Below, piece by piece: positions 17,983 through 28,390 of a stretch of DNA of 40,640 nucleotides. The stretch is from an uncultured Atopobium sp. (GTDB lineage Bacteria > Actinomycetota > Coriobacteriia > Coriobacteriales > Atopobiaceae): assembly GCA_916720465.1 (NCBI GenBank), contig CAKARF010000001.1, positions 1 to 40,640 of the forward strand, written 5' to 3'. Position 1 is the first letter of the stretch, and each line of letters opens with the position of its first letter. The notes under the pieces are model-generated. The model had not been told where the DNA came from. It made no database searches and saw nothing but the letters and a program-made list of their open reading frames with translations. The position numbers and the translations under genes are program-made.

Positions 17983-19338
17983 TTACCGTTTGACGTATGC
18001 GCCTGGTTTTACACCAGTAGGCTCACCATCAACCACCACCAACTCTCCGTTTACAAAAACATATGCTGGACGTCCGTGAATCTCAAAGCCTTCATAGGGC
18101 GTATAGTCAACATTTTGATGCTGGTTCTTCTCGCTGATGGCCCACGTCACACTTGGATCCCATACCGTCACGTCAGCATCTGAGCCAACACGCAGGACAC
18201 CCTTGCGCGGATACATACCAAAGACACGAGCGGGTCCCTCACTCATGAGACGAGCAAAGTCTTGGACGCCCAAGCGATTCTCAAACGAGGTCATGATAAG
18301 ACCGGGTCGATGTTCTACACCGGGGCCGCCGTTGGGAATATGCGTGAAGTCGTCAATGCCGCGATCTTTTTGACCATGAAGATTAAAACTACAATGATCG
18401 GTAGCAATGGTATCAATCTCACCATCACATACGGCTCGACGCAAAACCTCAATGTCGTGCGGCTTGCGCAAAGGTGGACTCATAACGTACTTAGCACCTT
18501 CAAAGTCGCTCTCAAGATAATGTGAATCGTCCAGCAACAGATACTGAGGACAGGTCTCAACGTCCATCTTCACTTTGCCGCGTGCCTTGGCCGCACGAAC
18601 CGCCTCAAGACCAAGAGCGCTGGACAGATGAACAATGTTGATACGAGCATCAGCAAGCTCTGCAAGATAACACAGACGAGAAATTGCCTCTGCTTCACAA
18701 GCTGCAGGACGACTCATAGGATGACCCTCAGGACCAGTAATACCAGCTGCGAGCATACGTCTTTGCAGCTCATTTACAAGAGTGCCATTCTCGCAGTGAA
18801 CGCACAGGACACCGTCAATATCGCGGATATATTCAAGCACCTCAAGCGTCTGGGCGTCATCTAAACGCAGATGATCGTAGGCAAAGTAGGTCTTAAATGA
18901 CATAACACCTGCATCACGCATAGCCTGCATATCTGCTTTAGTTTGTTCATTCCAATCAGCAATGGCCATATGAAATGCATAGTTAGCAGTACAGGTACCA
19001 TCTGCACGTTTATGCCACTCATCAAGCGCTTCGGGCAGCGTCATGCCTTTGTCTTGTGTGGCATAATCCACAATAGTGGTGGTACCGCCGCAAGCAGCAG
19101 CACAAGTTCCTGTCTCAAAGCTATCTGCTGTCCAGTCCATACCTGTCCAGCATTGCATGTGCGTATGAGCGTCAATAAAACCAGGGAATACGTATTTACC
19201 CGTAACATTGATAACGTTGTCATCTGTACGCGCCTCGTACGTACCTCCCACCTGGATGATTTTTGTACCATCGAGCACTAAGTCTCCATAGAAAACGCCC
19301 TCAGGCAACACAAGGAAACCATTCTTTAATACGTTCAT
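17983..19338 (-). CDS. hydA: Dihydropyrimidinase/D-hydantoinase (HyuA/YgeZ-like)
   Basis: PGFIDAHTH, GGTTTIVDY, SFKTYFAY, VHCENG, ETCPQYL, SPPLR, ATDHCSF. Confidence 0.93.
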   Translation of the reverse strand: MNVLKNGFLVLPEGVFYGDLVLDGTKIIQVGGTYEARTDDNVINVTGKYVFPGFIDAHTHMQCWTGMDWTADSFETGTCAAACGGTTTIVDYATQDKGMTLPEALDEWHKRADGTCTANYAFHMAIADWNEQTKADMQAMRDAGVMSFKTYFAYDHLRLDDAQTLEVLEYIRDIDGVLCVHCENGTLVNELQRRMLAAGITGPEGHPMSRPAACEAEAISRLCYLAELADARINIVHLSSALGLEAVRAAKARGKVKMDVETCPQYLLLDDSHYLESDFEGAKYVMSPPLRKPHDIEVLRRAVCDGEIDTIATDHCSFNLHGQKDRGIDDFTHIPNGGPGVEHRPGLIMTSFENRLGVQDFARLMSEGPARVFGMYPRKGVLRVGSDADVTVWDPSVTWAISEKNQHQNVDYTPYEGFEIHGRPAYVFVNGELVVVDGEPTGVKPGAYVKR

Positions 19339-19988
19339 CAGTCAACTCCCAATCTCTCGGTCGTCAAACCGTTTATAGATGCCGAATGTAAATAATTCAA
19401 ATCAGACGGAGTATCTACATCTAAAAGTTCTTGTTCGCATTGTGCCTCTACAAGTGCAGCAGAAGCTTGGTACTCAGGACATAATAAAAATACTCCAGAA
19501 CCGCCCTTATCGCCTTGTACTCTGCACAGCATATCAAACAATGCGCTTGGAAAAACTATGGGGCTACCTGGTACTCCATGCCAAGATAGACGAGAAACCA
19601 CTTCTGGATGTTCTTCAAAACTAGCTATAAGAGCGCATAAACTATCTGCACGTACACACGGTTGATCTCCCTGTAAAAACAGAGCACCATCCCATGAGTT
19701 CTCACCAAGACCATCTTTTTGTACCTCAAGCATTGCTCGACGTACTGTGTCACTTTGAAGGGTACCTGAGTGCGTTACAGCGCGAACCTTGAGCTTGTTA
19801 CACAGTACAAGAATAGGTTCATGAAACGGATCGTCAATTGTTACCACTATGGGCTCTAGTCCTGCTGTTTGAGCCGTTTCTATAACATGTTGAATCAGTG
19901 GCTTGCCCATAAACGGTGCCATAAGCTTATTGGATCCAAAGCGAGTAGAAGCACCGGAAGCCATGACTATACACCCAATGTGTGACAT
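19338..19988 (-). CDS. mocA: Molybdenum cofactor cytidylyltransferase (MocA/YgfJ family)
   Basis: IVMASGASTRFGSNKL, GDQP, GDKGG, DVDTPSDL; AAGGAGG before ATG 19988; TGATG overlap with hydA. Confidence 0.82.
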   Translation of the reverse strand: MSHIGCIVMASGASTRFGSNKLMAPFMGKPLIQHVIETAQTAGLEPIVVTIDDPFHEPILVLCNKLKVRAVTHSGTLQSDTVRRAMLEVQKDGLGENSWDGALFLQGDQPCVRADSLCALIASFEEHPEVVSRLSWHGVPGSPIVFPSALFDMLCRVQGDKGGSGVFLLCPEYQASAALVEAQCEQELLDVDTPSDLNYLHSASINGLTTERLGVD

Positions 19989-20055
19989 AGCATGGCCTCC
20001 TTCCTTAGTTCTTAAATTACAGTAAGTAATACCCATAGGGTATTACAGACGGCTA

Positions 20056-20997
20056 CTATCCGCGTATCACAGTGCCGGTTTTTCCAGCAATTCCATCAGC
20101 AGCCTTATCCAGCAAAGTAATAAGTGATGTACGTCCTTCGCCGGATTGTGCAAACTGCAAAGCAGCCTGTACCTTGGGCAACATAGAACCAGGAGCAAAT
20201 TCGCCGGCTTCAATATAAGCTTGTGCACTCTCAGGTGTAAGCTCAGAGAGGTCTTCCTGTTCAGGAGTACCAAAATGAATAGCAACCTTCTCGACAGCCG
20301 TTAAAATAATGAGTGCATCCGCATTAACCTGCTCCGCAAGACGAGCTGCTGCAAAATCCTTATCAATAACAGCTGCAGCACCCTTAAGATGATTGCCCTC
20401 AGTAATAAATACTGGAATACCGCCACCACCACAAGCAATAACAACATTGCCCGTCTCAATAAGTGAACGAATGGTATCAAGCTCAACAATAGCAACAGGC
20501 TGAGGAGATGCAACTACACGACGGTATCCTCGACCAGCGTCCTCGACAACGTTATATCCACGCTCAGCTACCATCTTTTTAGCTTCTTCTTCTGTCATAA
20601 AAGAACCAATGGGCTTGGTAGGATTTTTAAATGCTGGATCATTTTTATCAACTTCAACTTGCGTTAGAACAGTGGCTGCATTTTTCTTAATGCCGCGGTT
20701 AAGCATTTCTTCACGAAGCGCATTCTGAAGATCGTAGCCAATATATCCCTGGCTCATGGCAACACATACAGAAAGTGGGCAAGGAATATATTTCTCTGGA
20801 TCAGAACGATTAAGCTGCGTCATAGCCTCTTGGATCATGCCAACTTGTGGGCCGTTACCGTGGGCGATAATAACTTCATTACCTTGCTCAATTAAATCAA
20901 CAATTGCCTTAGCAGTGTGCTTTACTGCAATCATCTGCTTAGGTAAATTTTTGCCAAGAGCATTACCGCCCAAAGCAATTACAATACGCTTTCCCAT
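20056..20997 (-). CDS. arcC: Carbamate kinase (YqeA/ArcC)
   Basis: IVIALGGNAL, HGNGPQVG, PTKPIG, GYRRVVASP, VIDKD, GSMLPKV. Confidence 0.96.
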   Translation of the reverse strand: MGKRIVIALGGNALGKNLPKQMIAVKHTAKAIVDLIEQGNEVIIAHGNGPQVGMIQEAMTQLNRSDPEKYIPCPLSVCVAMSQGYIGYDLQNALREEMLNRGIKKNAATVLTQVEVDKNDPAFKNPTKPIGSFMTEEEAKKMVAERGYNVVEDAGRGYRRVVASPQPVAIVELDTIRSLIETGNVVIACGGGGIPVFITEGNHLKGAAAVIDKDFAAARLAEQVNADALIILTAVEKVAIHFGTPEQEDLSELTPESAQAYIEAGEFAPGSMLPKVQAALQFAQSGEGRTSLITLLDKAADGIAGKTGTVIRG

Positions 20998-21076
20998 AGT
21001 CCCCTCCCAGGGCTTACATTACGATCTTTAACATTTTTAACAGGTTCTCTTACTCTTTACTAAACTTGTTAAAAAC

Positions 21077-21116
21077 AAAAAAGGGTCTGCATGAGAGCTT
21101 GTCTCCACGCAGACCC
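21077..21116 (-). terminator. Terminator after ygeW
   Basis: GGGTCTGC...GCAGACCC stem preceded by A6 on + (U-tract on -). Confidence 0.7.
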
Positions 21117-21134
21117 AATGTATATAAATATTAC

Positions 21135-22337
21135 TTATGCCTGGAACCAGCGAGGAGTATCTCCCTGCTCAAGAGCTTTAAGCGTTGCAATTGGATCTTT
21201 TGCCTTCTGCAAGAAAATCATTGCTGCAATAGCATATGGCTTATAAGAAGCCTCTTTATAGAGACCATCACGGTGATAATCAAAGACCTCATTTTCAACT
21301 TCACCGTGCTCACAAGATACACCATTAATGTCTGCAGGCAGTGGATGCATATAGATGGTATCCATACCATGAGCAGTCTTTGCCATAAGATCAGTTGTGC
21401 AGCACCAATCCTTATGAGTAGCATTCTGAGCAAGAAGCTCTTTCTCCAGAGCGTCGATTCCAGCGTCATCGCCTGCAGCATAAAGATTAGTACGCTTCTC
21501 CATAGCAGCATAAGGTGCCCAGCTCTTAGGAATTACAATGTCAGCGCCCTCAAAAGCCTCTGCCATGTTGTAGGTCTTCTTAAAGGTTGCTCCAGACTCA
21601 GCTGCAAACTTACCAGCAACATCAACAAGCTCAGGCATGAGATCGTATCCCTCAGGATGAGCTAATGTAACATCCATGCCAAAACGAGGAAGCAGAGTAA
21701 TAAGAGACTGTGGGCAAGATAAAGGCTTACCATATGAAGGAGAATAAGCCCAAGTAACAGCAACTTTCTTACCACGGAGATTCTCAAGGCCACCAAACTC
21801 ATTGATAAGATAGAGGATGTCAGCAGTAGACTGAGTTGGGTGATCCATATCAGACTGAAGAGATACCAGTGTTGGACGATGATCTAAAACGCCATCCTCG
21901 TAAGCCTGCTTGACGGAAGCAGAAACCTCACGCATATAAGCGTCGCCCTTACCAATGAACTTATCGTCACGAATACCAATGACATCAGCCATGAATGAAA
22001 TCATAGTTGCAGTCTCACGGACAGTCTCGCCGTGAGCAATCTGAGACTTACCCTCATCAAGATCCATCAACTGAAGACCAAGAAGGTTAGAGCCAGATGC
22101 AAAGGAAAAACGAGTACGAGTTGAGTTATCACGGAAAAGTGAGACAGCAAGACCAGACTCAAAAAGACGTGTAGAAATGTTACGCTCACGTAAGTTGCGT
22201 AGAGCATCTGCTACTGCATAGAGAGCCTGAAGCTCATCGGTTGACTTCTCCCATGTCAAAAGGAAATCCTCGTTATACATCTTGGAGAAATCAAGTTTTG
22301 CAAGCTTGTCAAGATACGGCTGAATGGTAGTTGCCAT
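21135..22337 (-). CDS. ygeW: Knotted carbamoyltransferase YgeW
   Basis: DFLLTWEKS, FRDNSTRTRFSFAS, QIAHGETVRETA, DHPTQ, WAYSPSYGKPLS, HPLPADI, EASYKPY. Confidence 0.96.
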   Translation of the reverse strand: MATTIQPYLDKLAKLDFSKMYNEDFLLTWEKSTDELQALYAVADALRNLRERNISTRLFESGLAVSLFRDNSTRTRFSFASGSNLLGLQLMDLDEGKSQIAHGETVRETATMISFMADVIGIRDDKFIGKGDAYMREVSASVKQAYEDGVLDHRPTLVSLQSDMDHPTQSTADILYLINEFGGLENLRGKKVAVTWAYSPSYGKPLSCPQSLITLLPRFGMDVTLAHPEGYDLMPELVDVAGKFAAESGATFKKTYNMAEAFEGADIVIPKSWAPYAAMEKRTNLYAAGDDAGIDALEKELLAQNATHKDWCCTTDLMAKTAHGMDTIYMHPLPADINGVSCEHGEVENEVFDYHRDGLYKEASYKPYAIAAMIFLQKAKDPIATLKALEQGDTPRWFQA

Positions 22338-22389
22338 GGTACATCCTCTCGTTTAAATAACCGCTTATATACTAATTACCAAAAACCAT

Positions 22390-23772
22390 TTACTTAATGT
22401 TGTTATCGGTGAGACTTGCACGGAATTCAGTTGCATCTTCAGTTACTGCAGAAGCGTCATACAGGTTGAGAGCTGCAACATATAGTGCTGCACAGGTAGG
22501 AAGATCCTGCTTGAATGTAATCTCATTTGGAGCGTGTGCCTGAGACTCAGCACCTGGTCCAAAGCCAACGCAAGGAATACCATAACGACCCTGGATAGAA
22601 ACGCAATTTGTGGAGAAGGTCCACTTATCGCATAGAGGACGACCTTCACGAGTTGCCATGGACTTCTCGCAACCAATACGCTTATCGCCAAAGAGTGCCT
22701 TGTGAGCATCAACAAGTGCTTTGACGTGTGGAGCAGACTCTTTGTTGATCCATGTTGGGAAGTAAGACTCAGTCTCATAGACCTCGCCAGTCCAAGAAGG
22801 ACGGTCATACATGTACATGGAGACCTTGACGTCGTCACCATACTTCTTGACGGAAGGAAGCTCCTCAATCTCTTTGAGGCAGCTCTTATAGGTCTCACCA
22901 GCGGTCATACGACGGTCAATGGAGATTGCACAAGAGTCTGCAACAGCGCAGCGAGAAGGGCTTGTGAAGTAAATCTGAGAAACGGTGCAGGTACCACGGC
23001 CGAGGAAGCGAGCATCCTCATAATGATCAGGGTTGTACTTAGGATCAAGCATCTTAACAAGGCCGCGAATAGCAGTGGATTCATCAGCACTATTATTGTT
23101 AAGTGCACGAACGTCATTAATGATGTCAGCCATCTTATAAATTGCGTTGTCACCACGCTCAGGAGCTGAACCGTGGCAGGAAACGCCCTTGACGTCAACA
23201 CGGATCTCCATACGGCCACGGTGACCACGATAAATACCACCATCAGTAGGCTCGGTTGAGATTACAAACTCTGGCTTAATCTTGTCAACATTGTAGATGT
23301 ACTGCCAGCACATACCGTCGCAGTCCTCTTCCTGGACAGTACCAACAACCATAACCTTGTAGCCCTCAGGAATAAGATTCATATCCTTCATAATCTTTGC
23401 AGCATATACGCCTGAACAGACGCCGCCCTCCTGGTCAGAGCCACCACGACCACCAATGAGCTGATCGTCCTCAAAGCCCTCATAAGGATCAAAATCCCAG
23501 TTGTCACGATTACCAATACCAACGGTATCAATGTGACCGTCGATTGCGATGATTTTATCGCCAGTACCCATAAAGCCCATAACGTTGCCAAGGCCGTCAA
23601 CTTTTACCTCATCAAAGCCAAGCTTCTCCATCTCAGCTTTAATGCATGCGACAACCTCGCCCTCTTCTGAAGACTCACTAGGGTGTGAAATCATTGCGCG
23701 CAGAAACGCGGTCATATCTTTTGAATACTTATTTGCTGCATCCTTAATTGCGCCGTAATCCAAGTCTTTCAT
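22390..23772 (-). CDS. ygeY: YgeY M20-family hydrolase
   Basis: [55 protein letters not shown] before ATG 23772. Confidence 0.95.
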   Translation of the reverse strand: MKDLDYGAIKDAANKYSKDMTAFLRAMISHPSESSEEGEVVACIKAEMEKLGFDEVKVDGLGNVMGFMGTGDKIIAIDGHIDTVGIGNRDNWDFDPYEGFEDDQLIGGRGGSDQEGGVCSGVYAAKIMKDMNLIPEGYKVMVVGTVQEEDCDGMCWQYIYNVDKIKPEFVISTEPTDGGIYRGHRGRMEIRVDVKGVSCHGSAPERGDNAIYKMADIINDVRALNNNSADESTAIRGLVKMLDPKYNPDHYEDARFLGRGTCTVSQIYFTSPSRCAVADSCAISIDRRMTAGETYKSCLKEIEELPSVKKYGDDVKVSMYMYDRPSWTGEVYETESYFPTWINKESAPHVKALVDAHKALFGDKRIGCEKSMATREGRPLCDKWTFSTNCVSIQGRYGIPCVGFGPGAESQAHAPNEITFKQDLPTCAALYVAALNLYDASAVTEDATEFRASLTDNNIK

Positions 23773-23871
23773 ACATCCTCCTTTATTAGGATAAAACTGG
23801 ACGTCTTGATCCTTTTGTAACCTTACAAACAGTTGAGAATAAAATCCCAAACTGTACCAGTACCCTCGTAA

Positions 23872-23911
23872 TACAAACCATTTTTTTGCTTACCAAACTT
23901 TTTGTTTGGTA
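23872..23911. promoter_or_regulatory. Tandem palindromic operator-like boxes upstream of ygeY
   Basis: TACAAAC-CATTT-TTTTGCT (23872) and perfect ACCAAAC-TTTTT-GTTTGGT (23892). Confidence 0.6.
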
Positions 23912-24007
23912 CTATCTATTAAATCACTTGTAGAAGACATTGCAAGCAGTAAACGCTTACTTTTTTATTTTCTCGGCAAGCGGTTTTATTGTTACTAATT
24001 CTCTTTT

Positions 24008-25234
24008 TTACTTGACGTCATCTGTTGACTGCCATGCACCATCCCATACAATCTCTTCATAACGCACAGGATCAGTGTCTCCTTCTGTAGAGAACAAAAG
24101 AACCTTTGAATCTGTTGTAAGATCAAGCGCATCACGAAGCTCTTTGTATGTAGGGTCTGTCATAAGAGTAGAAATAACACCCATACCAACAGCACCAGAC
24201 TCACCGGAAACAACGGAAGGGTCTCCCTTAACAGGAGCAGCGAGCATACGCATACCCTTTGCCGAAACCCAATCAGGACAAGAAATAAAAGCCGTCGCAT
24301 GATTGCGTAAAATATCCCAACCAATGGTATTTGGCTCACCACAGGCAAGACCAGCCATAATAGTAATCAAATCTCCACCAACAATACGAGGCTCGCCATC
24401 TGCTGCAAGCGCTCCCTTATACAGACAGTCTGCAGCTCCTGCCTCCATAATGACAAACTTAGGAGGATTTGAAGGGAATAAATTAGTAAAGTAGCCCACC
24501 ATGGCAGATGCCAAAGATCCAACGCCCGCTTGTATAAATACATGTGTTGGACGGTTTACCTCAAGCTCACGTAGCTGTTCTGCTGCCTCATAGGCCATAG
24601 TACCGTAACCCTGCATAATCCAGGATGGAATCTTCTCATAACCATCCCAAGCGGTGTCCTGTACGATTACTGCATGCTCAGTCTCTTCTGCTTCTTTTGC
24701 TGCGAGACGAACACAGTCATCGTAATTAAGCTCTTCAATGGTTACTTGTGCCCCCTCTTTTGCAATATTATCAAAACGAGTTTTTGTAGAACCTTTAGGC
24801 ATATGAACAACAGCTTTTTGACCAAGACGATTTGCTGCCCAGGCCACACCACGACCATGGTTGCCATCGGTTGCAGTAAAGAAAGTTGCCTGTCCAAAGT
24901 CTTTCTGCAATTGCTTTGAAGTCAGATACTCAAAGTCGCAATCAGAAACATCTTTTCCTGTTTCATCAGCAATATAGCGAGCCATAGCAAATGAACCACC
25001 CAGGACTTTAAATGCATTAAGTCCAAAGCGATACGACTCATCTTTTACGTATAATCCACCAAGACCTAAATTAGAGGCCATACCCTCAAGATTTGCCAAA
25101 GGTGTCACAGCATATTGAGGAAAGCTTTTATGAAATGCGCGAGCCTTCTTAACATTTTCAAGTGACATGACCTGAAGATTTCTGTCTTCACTCTGAGGCA
25201 TCTTATTAAGTACCCACTTCATTTCCGGCTGCAT
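24008..25234 (-). CDS. dpaL: Diaminopropionate ammonia-lyase (YgeX)
   Basis: VKDESYRFGLNAFKVLGGS, TATDGNHGRG, QDTAWDGYE, QAGVGS, MAGLACGEP, STEGDTDP. Confidence 0.97.
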   Translation of the reverse strand: MQPEMKWVLNKMPQSEDRNLQVMSLENVKKARAFHKSFPQYAVTPLANLEGMASNLGLGGLYVKDESYRFGLNAFKVLGGSFAMARYIADETGKDVSDCDFEYLTSKQLQKDFGQATFFTATDGNHGRGVAWAANRLGQKAVVHMPKGSTKTRFDNIAKEGAQVTIEELNYDDCVRLAAKEAEETEHAVIVQDTAWDGYEKIPSWIMQGYGTMAYEAAEQLRELEVNRPTHVFIQAGVGSLASAMVGYFTNLFPSNPPKFVIMEAGAADCLYKGALAADGEPRIVGGDLITIMAGLACGEPNTIGWDILRNHATAFISCPDWVSAKGMRMLAAPVKGDPSVVSGESGAVGMGVISTLMTDPTYKELRDALDLTTDSKVLLFSTEGDTDPVRYEEIVWDGAWQSTDDVK

Positions 25235-25283
25235 GTTGTTGACCCCTTTTCCACGTGTTTTTGTTTGCTAACGTATCTTTAAT

Positions 25284-25343
25284 AGTAGACCACTTTTCTG
25301 CTAAATCAGACTAAAAGTTAGTAAACCTAACAAAAAGTTTTCT
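25284..25343. promoter_or_regulatory. Three tandem operator-like boxes upstream of dpaL
   Basis: AGTAGAC-CACTT-TTCTGCT, ATCAGAC-TAAAA-GTTAGTA, ACCTAAC-AAAAA-GTTTTCT. Confidence 0.5.
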
Positions 25344-25370
25344 ACCTTTTGTGCCTATCTATAAAAGCAA

Positions 25371-25407
25371 AACAACTGCCAGCAGCTTATTGCTACCGAC
25401 AGTTGTT
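25371..25407 (-). terminator. Terminator after xdh
   Basis: AACAACTG..AGCA...TGCT...CAGTTGTT imperfect stem, A-rich on the + 5' side. Confidence 0.5.
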
Positions 25408-25434
25408 CTTTAACATAAGGAATACATACTATCC

Positions 25435-28206
25435 TTACTTCTTGGCCTTAGATTTAGTGTAATACGTATCTTCCATAGGAAGCTTAGTACGCATCACATG
25501 ATCAAAAGCATAATATGCATTTGCTACTGCAGGAGCAGTTGGGATTGTTGAAATCTCACCAATGCCTTTTCCTCCGTAAGCAACAGGGAGTAAATGCTCC
25601 TTCTCGACATAAATTGCCTCAATATGAGGAATATCAGGAGCATGGAAGAGACCTAGAGTAGCAAACTTTGACTTTGGCACACAATCCTGAAGCTTGTAGT
25701 TTTCTGTTGTGGCATAGCCGAGCGACATCAACACGCCACCCTCAATTTGACCTTGGATTGCAATAGGGTTAATGACCTTGCCAGAATCATGCGCGGCATA
25801 TACATCAGTAACCTTGCCCTCATCGTCTAAAACCACGCATGTTGTAGCAAAGGCATAACAAATGTGACTCTTTGGATTAGGCTTGTCAGCACCAAGTTTG
25901 TCGGTTGGCTCAAAGTAAACATAACGGAACTCATGACCTTCAAGCTTCTTCAGGCCTGCAACTGGATCCTTTGGATGAATACCCGCACCAGCAACCAATG
26001 CTTTACCATCTGCGTATCCAACACCCTCATAAGGACGACCATCAGAGTACACAATAGTCTTTCCGTCACCGTGCGCCTCAACGGGCTCAGACGATACTTC
26101 CTTGCCAGCCTCAATATCCAAAAGCGCGTCACGCAGCAAAAACGCCACGCCACGAACAGCCTCTCCGGTAACAACCGTTTGACGGGAGCCAGATGTAGTA
26201 CCTGAGTCAGGCGCATTTTCTGTAGAGCACTCACCGTTAACGATAACTGACTTTGGAAGGCCGATAGCCTCTGCTACATCCTGCAAAAAGACTGTATTAC
26301 AACCCTGTCCGATATCTGAGGTAGCAGAATAAACAACGACTTTTCCGTCTTCAATACGAATATTTGCGCGACCTGCGTCAGGCAGACCAACGCCAACACC
26401 AGAGTTTTTCATAGCGCAGGCAAGACCAGCACGTCCCTTATGGGCTTCATATACATCTTTAACTGCAAGAAGCGTTTCTTTAAGTGCCGTTGACTGATCA
26501 CAGATCTGACCATTAGGAAGTACATCTCCAGGAGCAACTGCATTTCTCCAGCGCATCTCCCATGGACTTATGCCGACCTTCTCGGCGAGAAGATCCATGA
26601 GCTCCTCAAGAGCAAACTCAGTCTGGCAAACTCCAAAGCCACGGAATGCACCAGCAGGTGGATTATCAGTATAGTATCCATAACCACGAATATCAGTATT
26701 TTGATACTTATACGGACCAACAGCGTGTGTACATGCGCGCTCGAGAACTGGTCCACAAAGTGATGCATATGCTCCTGTATCAAAATAAATATCGCAATCA
26801 AGAGCAGTAAGGTGACCTTCAGCATCGCAGCCGAGTGTAAAATCTGCCTCCATAGCATGACGTTTTGGATGGAAGATAAGCGACTCGTTACGAGTAAACT
26901 TACACTTAACCGTACGCTTAAAAATGTAAGCAGCCAATGCAGAAATATGCTGGACGCTTACATCTTCTTTTCCACCAAATCCGCCGCCTACCAGCATGGT
27001 TTCTACAACTACTTTATCAGGAGTTTCATCCCATCCAAACATGTGGGCAACTTCTTTACGAGTGTCGTAGGCACCTTGATCGGTAGAAAGAATCTTTACA
27101 CCATCTTTATAGGGGAACGCAACAGCACATTCAGGCTCAAGGAATGCATGCTCAGTAAAAGGTGTCGAGAAATGCTTAGTGATAATGTGGGCAGAATTTT
27201 TAAGTGCATCCTGAACATTACCACGCGTAATATGACGGCTCTGGCAAAGATTACTTTCTGCTTCTGTATGTACAAGAGGAGCACCTTCAGCAGCAGCCTC
27301 TTCAATATTACGCACAATAGGAAGCTCTTCATACTCAACTTTTACGAGTTTTTTGGCCGCTTCAAGAGTCTCTTCATCCTCTGCGACTACCATGCAAAGT
27401 GCATCGCCCAAATAACGTGTATTTGAACCTTCAGGGATAAATACATCCCAATCCTGCTGAATGTGGCCAACTTTATTTACAGGTACGTCTTCAGCTTTCA
27501 AGACTCCAACAACACCTGGTAGAGCCTCTGCCTCTGTTGTATCAATTTTTACCACACGTGCACGAGGATACTTAGATCGTACGCACGAACCATATGCCAT
27601 ATCTGGGAAATCAACATTGGTTACATCATCAGGATATTTACCATATCCAAGTACCTTTGCACGAACATCAACACGGAATGCTTTTGAACCAACACCGTAA
27701 TTATCGCCACGCTCTAGGTCTGGATCAATTTGCTCTTCTCCACGAAGAATACGTGCGGCTTTTAAGATACCTTCAATAATTTTCTTATATCCAGTGCATC
27801 GACAAATATTATTTTTAATTGCTTCTTTAACTTCTGCTTCAGTTGGATTAGGGTTTCGACGAATTAATGCTGCGCCACTCATTACCATGCCAGGGATACA
27901 AAAACCACACTGAACAGCTCCAACTGCACCAAAAGCGTACACAAAAGCCTCTTGCTCTTCATGAGAAAGGCCTTCTACGGTTTCAATTACTTTTCCCTGT
28001 GCGCGTTTAGTATTCATGATGCAACCACGAGTAGCCACGCCATCAATAACGACCGTACAGGTGCCACAAGCGCCTTGAGAACAACCATCTTTTACCGATA
28101 AAAGATGTAAATCATCTCGAAGAAAACGAAGCAACGATTTATTTTTTGTAGTAGTAATTGTTTCTCCGTTTACCGTAAAGGTATACTCTTCTACTTCTTC
28201 GGCCAT
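25435..28206 (-). CDS. xdh: Selenium-dependent xanthine dehydrogenase-family Mo hydroxylase (2Fe-2S + Moco fusion, no FAD domain)
   Basis: KDGCSQGACGTCTV, QCGFCIPG, NICRCTGY, EHAFLEPE, GGGFGGKE, GAFRGFG, GQIEGG, KGIGEIST; AAGGAG before ATG 28206. Confidence 0.93.
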   Translation of the reverse strand: MAEEVEEYTFTVNGETITTTKNKSLLRFLRDDLHLLSVKDGCSQGACGTCTVVIDGVATRGCIMNTKRAQGKVIETVEGLSHEEQEAFVYAFGAVGAVQCGFCIPGMVMSGAALIRRNPNPTEAEVKEAIKNNICRCTGYKKIIEGILKAARILRGEEQIDPDLERGDNYGVGSKAFRVDVRAKVLGYGKYPDDVTNVDFPDMAYGSCVRSKYPRARVVKIDTTEAEALPGVVGVLKAEDVPVNKVGHIQQDWDVFIPEGSNTRYLGDALCMVVAEDEETLEAAKKLVKVEYEELPIVRNIEEAAAEGAPLVHTEAESNLCQSRHITRGNVQDALKNSAHIITKHFSTPFTEHAFLEPECAVAFPYKDGVKILSTDQGAYDTRKEVAHMFGWDETPDKVVVETMLVGGGFGGKEDVSVQHISALAAYIFKRTVKCKFTRNESLIFHPKRHAMEADFTLGCDAEGHLTALDCDIYFDTGAYASLCGPVLERACTHAVGPYKYQNTDIRGYGYYTDNPPAGAFRGFGVCQTEFALEELMDLLAEKVGISPWEMRWRNAVAPGDVLPNGQICDQSTALKETLLAVKDVYEAHKGRAGLACAMKNSGVGVGLPDAGRANIRIEDGKVVVYSATSDIGQGCNTVFLQDVAEAIGLPKSVIVNGECSTENAPDSGTTSGSRQTVVTGEAVRGVAFLLRDALLDIEAGKEVSSEPVEAHGDGKTIVYSDGRPYEGVGYADGKALVAGAGIHPKDPVAGLKKLEGHEFRYVYFEPTDKLGADKPNPKSHICYAFATTCVVLDDEGKVTDVYAAHDSGKVINPIAIQGQIEGGVLMSLGYATTENYKLQDCVPKSKFATLGLFHAPDIPHIEAIYVEKEHLLPVAYGGKGIGEISTIPTAPAVANAYYAFDHVMRTKLPMEDTYYTKSKAKK

Positions 28207-28348
28207 TTTCACTCCTTACGTGTCTGGGAGAATGTTGTGTGTCGTACCCCAAACCCGCTAACTGAACATTTTTGTCATGCATTACAAATCTATAATTTTT
28301 ATCGCTTTAATCTATAGCTTTAAATTACTCCCCTCTCTTTTTAGCGTA

Positions 28349-28377
28349 GACGGTTGGTAAAACTTTTACCAACCGTC
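28349..28377. terminator. Perfect hairpin after ygfK (no U-tract)
   Basis: GACGGTTGGTAAAA-c-TTTTACCAACCGTC. Confidence 0.6.
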
Positions 28378-28390
28378 ACACGACTATAAA

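Noticed and set aside
25336..25346. Purine riboswitch-like TTTCTACC
   Set aside because: On the strand opposite to dpaL, lacks the other conserved elements, and overlaps a candidate operator box.
28283..28301. Operator box upstream of xdh (TACAAAT-CTATA-ATTTTTA)
   Set aside because: Single degenerate match with no clear partner 20 bp away; indistinguishable from AT-rich background.
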